This document shows, piece by piece, positions 56,230 through 64,000 of a DNA stretch of 64,000 nt (position 1 is its first letter; every line of letters begins with the position of its first letter). Below the pieces are notes generated by a model. The model saw only the letters and a program-made list of their open reading frames with translations. It was not told where the DNA came from and ran no database searches. This stretch comes from Octopus vulgaris (Eukaryota), in contig OX597835.1 in assembly GCA_951406725.2 (NCBI GenBank), forward strand, positions 24,490,001 through 24,554,000, read 5' to 3'. The position numbers and the translations under genes were made by a program.

Positions 56230-56466
56230 CTTCTATTCTTTTATTTGTTTCAGTCATTTGACTGCGCGGCCATGCTGGAGCACCGCCTTAAGTCGAACAA
56301 ATCGACCCCAGGACTTATTCTTCATAGGCCTAGTTTTTTTTTTTTTGCTGAACTGGGACATAACACATAAACATCGGTCGTCAAGCGATAGTGGGGGGAC
56401 GAACACAGACACAAACACACAAATACATACATACACACACACATACACACACATACATTCACACAC

Positions 56467-56498
<32 letters not shown>

Positions 56499-56878
56499 AT
56501 ATAATGTACTAAACCGTGATGGAAAATAAAAAAAGTACTCCATCAGGTGAGAGATAGATATTATTTATTTAGAGGTCACATTACATGTATTTAAGCACTG
56601 CTAATAGTTTCATGTGTTGAGAAAACTCAAACGTATTCTCCAGGCGCAGACCACTATAATATGTGGTTTGCACCTGAAGAATATGAAACTGTTAGCAGCG
56701 CTTTAGTACATGTATAGTGACCTTTATATATATATGGAGAGCTTCTTTCAAGTTCACTCAAAAGGCTTTGGTCGGCCCGAGGCTATAGTAGAAGTCTATT
56801 GTCCAAGGTGCCATGCAGTGGGACTGAACTCAGAACCATGTGGTTGGGTAGCAAGCTTCTTACCACACAGTCACACCC
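56230..56878 (-). mobile_element. SINE family A split by a fold-back insert (56510-56725) in its internal microsatellite
   Basis: Tail half 56230-56410, head half 56740-56878; insert has inverted arms gaggtcac..tagtttcat / atgaaactg..gtgacctt. Confidence 0.75.
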
Positions 56879-56964
56879 ATATATTGTATTGCCAGTATCG
56901 ACTACTCTCTTGTCTCCTTGTTTACTCTTAGTTATTTACATACAAACATAAACCACGATATATA

Positions 56965-57193
56965 TTTTTCTTTACTACCCACAAGGGGCTAAACATAGAG
57001 GGGGCAAACAAGGACAGACAAAGGGATTAAGTCGATTACATCGACCCCCAATACGTAACTGGTACTTAATTTATCGACCCCGAAAGGATGAAAGGCAAAG
57101 TCGACCTCGGTGGAATTTGAACTCGGAACGTAACGACAGCCGAATTACGCATTTCGCCCGGCGTGCTAACGTTTCTGCCAGCTCGCCGCCTTC
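56965..57193 (-). mobile_element. SINE family B (tail 1), full length, 16 bp TSD
   Basis: TSD taaaccacgatatata at 56949-56964 and 57194-57209. Confidence 0.9.
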
Positions 57194-57704
57194 TAAACCA
57201 CGATATATAAGAGGTGGATGGATGTATTTAGTATCGACTTCATATCCTTAGGATCACGGCCGTTTCCATGCTTCCCTTCTTTATCGGCATTGATTTGCAA
57301 ATGGACTTTTGTATTGTACAATGCATAACATGGATATTGGTGCACACATGTAAAACAATTTATTATATACTGAAATTACTATTATATGACAAAGGCTGCG
57401 AAACGGCTGTAATCTTAAGGATATTGAGTGGTTAATGAAATATGTTCTCCTCTCATACCTCCTCACTTGTCATGGTTTGTATACCCATCATGAACTAATT
57501 TCATTGATCGGATTTCCTGAATCTCAGATGCATAGAAGTCTACAGTATACTCCTCCGTATTGGATTACAGTGTGGTATGATAGCCGGGTCCACTGGAGGA
57601 ATATACACACACACGCGCGCGCACATATGTCTATATGCACATGTAAACGTGTGTATTTGTGTAACGTGCATATAGATGTATATATATATACACGCACACA
57701 CACA

Positions 57705-57747
<43 letters not shown>

Positions 57748-58062
57748 ATAAATGTATACACACACATATATATATATATACATATACTGCTATATATATA
57801 TATATATATATATCATATGGATGTGTTGATACATACATACATGTGTATGAATGTATACAAACACACATACATATGTATGTTTCTATACATTCATACACAC
57901 ACATATACATACGTATACATACACACATACATACATATCTATCTATGTATGCATATATATAAAAAACACACACACATATATATATATATATATACATATA
58001 TATATCTATTTATGTATGTATATATATCTATTTATGTATGTATATATATCTATTTATGTATG

Positions 58063-58109
<47 letters not shown>

Positions 58110-58599
58110 ACATATATATTGCTGTAAGTAGAGTACGAAGGAAGTAAAAAGTAGCGTTCTAACCGAGATACACAAATCTCAGCAGATGTAAAGCTGTAAA
58201 ATCGTATCAAAACAAACGATGGCAAACACGTGGAAACACATCTTTGGATTGGTTCATTTGTTGTCACTACGCCAAAGGAATTATTTGTTTGGCGAGTTGA
58301 ATAACTGGTTTGGCCTGCTAAATGCTGTTTTGTCTTTTGCTGTGTGTATGTGTGTGTGTTTTTTGGGGGTTTTTTTCTTGACTTAGAAGAGAACAGGCAG
58401 ATCAGATCCCACGATCTGATTTTGAGAGCCCTCTTAGCTGGAATGTGGGCGGGTGAAATTTGAAATAGGGAGTTAGCGTCATACCCGACACTGGGTCCCA
58501 ATGCTTTTAAACCGGTCACATCCAACCCAAATATTTTGCCTGTTTTTATGTTCAGACCAGCCAGATCTGGCCCCTCACACCTATCCCCCATCGAAGGGT

Positions 58600-58748
58600 C
58601 ACTCATTCTTACTAACTGAGTTGACCGGAGCAACGTGAAATGAAGTGCTTTTGTGCAAGAACACAACGCGTTGCCCGATCCAGGATTCGAAACCACAACC
58701 TTACGATTATGAGTCCAACACCCTAACCACTAAGCCACGCGCCTCCAC
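58600..58748 (-). mobile_element. SINE family D head and centre
   Basis: gtggaggcgcgtggcttagtggttaggg..gtttcgaatcc..gcgttgtgttctt..ttcacgttgctcc. Confidence 0.75.
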
Positions 58749-59184
58749 TGAATAAATAAAGTATTACATTTGACAGAGATACAAACGGAATGTTGATTGG
58801 TTAAAGACATCCAAGGGTCACGTGATGGTGTTCATAGATATACATATAAGGAGAGACTGGTCACAGCTCTAGAAAACAAAGAAGGCATGAGGGGAGTTCA
58901 TAAAGAATGGAGAATTATACACCTTCAAAATATATTTATTACAGAATAATTTCCATAAGTTTACTGTTGTATAATTTTCCATTCTTCTTTATGATGCCTT
59001 GGTTATAAACTCTGTATGGTGCATGAAATCCAATGAAGAGGGCCCAGGATTTATCTATCGAGTGAAGCACCATGTAATTGATTATCTTAAAAATATTCTT
59101 TGTTCCCTATTATTCGATGTGGTTAGCCATATCTGGATTACATATACATACACACACACACACACACATACACATACATATATA

Positions 59185-59360
59185 TATTTGGCGATTTTTT
59201 TCCTCTGTCTTCCCTTCTGTGGATCTTTCCTTCTCCTATGTTTCCGACGAAGAGCTCCGCTCGAAACGTTAAACCCTCCTTCTTTCCTGAGTGTCCAATA
59301 ATACTATATTTGTTCCACGTCCTGCCGTTGTTGTGTTTTTTTGTGCTTTCTTGTTTGGAT

Positions 59361-59365
<5 letters not shown>
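59185..59365 (+). mobile_element. Penelope-like short element in (TA)n with U4C HHR at 59240-59274
   Basis: gttt CCGACGA a gagc tcc gctc GAAA cg TT aaac. Confidence 0.65.
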
Positions 59366-59434
<69 letters not shown>

Positions 59435-59496
59435 GATGAAGTTTTTTTACAGAAAAAAATTCATCAAGAAAAAAATGGCAGCATATTAAAATACCG

Positions 59497-59689
59497 TTAA
59501 AAGTTAAAATTATAAGCAACTTATAAACAAGGGCAAAGGAAAAATATTTCTATACAGAAATACGTATTTCTGTAGTGGGTATATAATAATATATGGAAAT
59601 TGACGATTTAAAAGCCTGTTATCAGCATATTGGCATAGAAATAATTTTCTTTTGCCCTTGTTTATAAGTTGATTATAATTTTAATCTTT

Positions 59690-59690
<1 letters not shown>
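59497..59690. repeat. Fold-back element between (TA)n tracts
   Basis: ttaaaattataagcaacttataaacaagggcaaag / ttttgcccttgtttataagttgattataattttaa; 22 bp palindrome 59553-59574. Confidence 0.7.
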
Positions 59691-59749
<59 letters not shown>

Positions 59750-59752
<3 letters not shown>

Positions 59753-60033
59753 GTCATGGACTATTCCTGCCGTTGACAAATCATGGCTTGTTTCTCCTCC
59801 ATTTATTTCTGTCCCTCGCAACATCACCCAGGTCTTTGTCGCTCTGCAAGTTCATTCTTTTCTTCATCCAGTCGAACGTCTTCATTCTCTGCCTTTCTCT
59901 CGCTCTCCTTCCCACCAGCTCAGTCTCCACCTTGTAACGATCCATTCCGTCATCCACTCTGAGAAAACGACCAACAAATCTCCTCCCCCCCTCTCTCTCT
60001 GATAGTATCCATCAACTGTTTCTTCACTTCCAC
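59750..60033 (-). mobile_element. RTE-clade LINE 3' end
   Basis: QLMDTIRER/RRFVGRFLR..GRRARERQRMKTFDWMKK..VARDRNKWR. Confidence 0.7.
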
Positions 60034-60037
60034 CTTT

Positions 60038-60425
60038 GGAATGGAAGCACTCCGTCGGTTCCGCGACGAGGGTTCCGGTTGATCCGATCAACGGAACAGC
60101 CTGCTCGTGAAATTAACGTGTAAGTGGCTGAGCACTCCACAGACACGTGTACCCTTAACGTAGTTCTCGGGGATATTCAGCGTGACACAGAGAGTGACAA
60201 GGCCGGCCCTTTGAAATACAGGTACAACAGAAACAGGAAGTAAGAGTGAGAGAAAGTAGTGGTGAAAGAGTACAGCAGGGATCACCACCATCCCTGCCGG
60301 AGCCTCGTGGAGCTTTTTAGGTGTTTTCGCTCAATAAACACTCACAACGCCCGGTCTGGGAATCGAAACCGCGATCCTACGACCGCGAGTCCGCTGCCCT
60401 AACCACTGGGCCATTGCGCCTCCAC
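60038..60425 (-). mobile_element. SINE family C (tail Y), full length
   Basis: tRNA-like head ggcgcaatggcccagtggttagggcagcggactcgcggtcgtaggatcgcggtttcgattcc. Confidence 0.9.
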
Positions 60426-60764
60426 ACTTCCACCTTTACCACTTCTACATTCGCCACCCTCTGTACCCACGAGATTCTAAGCGTTTTGTTTCTCTTTTTA
60501 ATTTAGAGTAAGTTTTGACCGGCCACCCCTTAGTAGCAAGTTTGTGAAGGAAAGTGTCTTCTTTTAACCATCATCCTTTAAATCTTAAAAAAGCCTTGCA
60601 GGTTTTTATGATCCCAGATATCGTTAGCATTTGTAGCGTATGAATTAAGGATTTGCATTCTCTCGCCAAGATCTCAAGTGCAACCATACTTTGCTTCAGA
60701 CAGTTTAGTATCTACCCTGTTGCTTCAATAATATGTATGTATGTATTTATGTCTATCTGTATAT

Positions 60765-60935
60765 CGTTAGCCACTACACACATTTTTTCTCTCCTTGTTT
60801 TTTCTGTGTCCCTTTCTGTAGAAGAGCGTAGGCTCGAAACGTAAAAGACTTTTTCTATTCCTGAGCGTTATACTAATACATCTGTTTTGTACACCACCTG
60901 TCTTCGTCTTTTGTTTTTTTCGTCAACTTTCCCTA
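60765..60935 (+). mobile_element. Penelope-like short element with A6U HHR fold at 60812-60847
   Basis: cttt CTGTAGA a gagc gtag gctc GAAA cg TA aaag. Confidence 0.65.
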
Positions 60936-61233
60936 TGTATGTATGTATGTATGTATGTATGTATGTATGTATGTATGTATGTATGTATGTATGAATGAGT
61001 GAAACGGCAGAGGTCAGCATAACATTGCGCACATAATTCATAACACGTTCAGGCGCACAGAAACACAGAACGGTGCTCACTACAGGATTAAGCTCCAGGG
61101 AACTTCTTAGAGACTTGTTGTGTTACGAACACATGTTCCAAATAACGTCAGCGGGCTATCAGGACACCAGTGTGTGTGCATCCTTGTGTATGTGTGTGTA
61201 TGTGTGTGTGTAAGATTAAATATATATATATAT

Positions 61234-61655
61234 AGGCGCAGGAATGGCTGTGTGGTAAGTAGCTTGCTAACCAACCACATGGTTCCGGGTTCAGTCCCAC
61301 TGCGTGGTACCTTGGGCAAGTGTCTTCTACTATAGCCTCGGGCCGACCAATGCCTTGTGAGTGGATTTGGTAGACGGAAACTGAAAGAAGCCTGTCGTAT
61401 ATATGTATATATATACATATATATATATGTATGTGTGTGTATGTGTTCGTGTGTCGGTGTTTGTCCCCCTAGCGTTGCTTGACAACCGATGCTGGTGTGC
61501 TTGCGTCCCCGTCACTTAGCGGTTCGGCAAAAAGAGACCCCGATAGAATAAGTACTGGGCTTACAAAAAGAATAAGTCCCGGAGTCGATTTGCTCGACTA
61601 AAGGCGGTGCTCCAGCATGGCCGCAGTCAAATGACTGAAACAAGTAAAAGAGAAT
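61234..61655 (+). mobile_element. SINE family A, full length
   Basis: Colinear with 9585-9978. Confidence 0.9.
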
Positions 61656-61674
61656 AAAAGAGAAAGAGAAATAT

Positions 61675-61743
<69 letters not shown>

Positions 61744-61748
<5 letters not shown>

Positions 61749-61872
61749 TTAAAGCAGCAGAAAATTCAACAAAACCTATTACTTTTCTGCTGCTTTAAAT
61801 AAAGCATATTACTCTACCACTGGTATTTGAGTACTCTTTTTCCACCTTGTTTCACATTTATGTGTTTACTCC

Positions 61873-61875
<3 letters not shown>
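61744..61875 (+). mobile_element. Second copy of the 26708-26902 fold-back element, HHR deleted
   Basis: tttatttaaagcagcagaaaa / ttttctgctgctttaaataaa arms and ...tgtgtttactccgg extension, inside (TA)n. Confidence 0.8.
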
Positions 61876-61915
<40 letters not shown>

Positions 61916-61917
<2 letters not shown>

Positions 61918-62243
61918 CACGGCTCAGTGGTTAGAGCGTCGAGCTTACGATCGTGAGGTTGTGAGCTCGAATCCCGGACCGGGCTGCGTGTTGTGTTCTT
62001 GAGCAAGACACTTTATTTCATGTTGCTCCAGTTCACTCAGCTGTAGAAATGAGTTGCGACGTCACTGGTGCCAAGCTGTATCGACCTTTGTCTTTCCCTT
62101 GGATAACATCTATGTGTGGAGAGGGAGGCTGGTAAGCATGGGCGACTGCTGGTCTTCCATAAACAACCTCGCCCGGACTTGTGTCTAGGAGGGTAACTTT
62201 CTAGGTGCAATCCCATGGTCTGTGTCGTGACCGAAGGGGGTCT
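61916..62243 (+). mobile_element. tRNA-derived SINE family D
   Basis: ggctcagtggttagagcg..ctcgaatcccgg..gtgttcttgagcaagacacttt..ctcagctgtagaaatgagt; inside (TA)n. Confidence 0.8.
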
Positions 62244-62489
62244 CCGATATATATATATATAGCAAGTCTCAGACCTTACAGTGTTTATATTAAATTGGTA
62301 ACGTCATCAGTGAGACAAAAATATAACGGTTGTTTAGTTAAATACAATAATAGCATGAAGCTTAACTGCGAATTTCTTTTGTGTTCTTCCAGGTTTGCAA
62401 AAAAAAATTTTTTTTTTTTCTCCAGTTGATAAACTTTGTCTGAAATATTTGAATATTTGTTCATCCAATCGTTTGTCACCTCACTGATG

Positions 62490-63035
<546 letters not shown>

Positions 63036-63806
63036 AAGGTAGGACACCTACAAAAATCAGAATTACTTGGAATGAAAAGAGCGCCATCAGTATGACAGTT
63101 TTTGATCAGTTGGTATTTTTACAGAGTAGTGATTTTGCATAAGAAATAGTCGTAAATTTTATGAAATAGAGAGAAAGAAAGAAAGGAAGGAAGGAAGGAA
63201 AATTGAATGACTGAAATTTCAAAATAATGAGTCTTGTAAAAAAAATGGTGAAAAATAAAGCTGAAGAAAAACGAAGTACCAGCTCCGTACCAGATTTAAC
63301 AGCTGATAGTAATAAACGTGTATGTGCTGGTTTTGTTAGTGATAATAACATAGAATAGTGGCACATAGTCTGACAAAGAGAGAGAGAACGCGAAAGCAGT
63401 TAACCAAATTTTATGTGGCGTTCAGCCATCTCATCCGTCAACTTAGTTGACTGACTTCTTTTATAAACAAATGGCCCGAAACCTAAATAAATAAACTGTA
63501 AAGAAAACTGGAAAAAAACAAAACAAAACAAATTCTCAGTTGATTTGAAATTCTCATTCCTTGACTTAAAACACATTCAAACACACCATAATACTATCAC
63601 ACTAGCAAATTATTATACCAACATACTATTAACTAACATAAATTTATACTAATATGTTATTACATTAAAATATTATTACCCTAAAACACTGCGCGGCATC
63701 ATGAGCAAATTTCTTCAACTAATTCCCTTGATTAATCAATGTCATGCGAGTGAATTTGGTACATTGAAACTGTGCGGAAACCCATCATATGTGTGTGTGT
63801 GTGTGC

Positions 63807-63865
<59 letters not shown>

Positions 63866-64000
63866 TGTTTGTCATCCCTGCCTCCGCTTGACAACCGGCG
63901 TTGGTTTGTTGACGTCACTGTAACTTAGCACTTTGGTAAAAAAAATAAAAAAAGGCACCAACTGAAAAAGTACCAGACTTTAAATAAAAAAAAAAAAAAC

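Noticed and set aside
60345-60425. tRNA-like sequences (also 61916-61990, 58670-58748, 9585-9655)
   Set aside because: A/B boxes present but no clean cloverleaf, and they continue into SINE bodies; SINE heads, not tRNA genes

Overview
Eukaryotic, AT-rich, repeat-saturated DNA with no host protein-coding gene that I can support. Almost all ORFs in the track are translations of microsatellites or of repeats. The tRNA-derived SINE families and very dense (TA)n/(CA)n/(TACA)n/(ATAG)n tracts suggest an octopus (coleoid cephalopod) intronic or intergenic region; this is inference. Contents: at least four SINE types (about 35 copies or fragments); decayed LINE fragments (CR1/L2-like RT at 48.9-50.4 kb, RTE, Tx1/L1-like, R4/Dong-like); mariner remnants; hAT MITEs; and non-autonomous Helitrons. 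The main signal is a set of short, often fold-back elements lodged in or near (TA)n microsatellites that carry hammerhead ribozyme (HHR) folds of the minimal type I kind known from Penelope-like elements. Across these families all four Watson-Crick combinations occur at the core 3-8 pair (C-G, A-U, G-C, U-A), plus U4C and A6U variants. A second signal is a SINE subfamily that shares its 3' tail with a Tx1-like LINE and has 14-16 bp TSDs. All structures were parsed by eye and coordinates may be off by a few bases.
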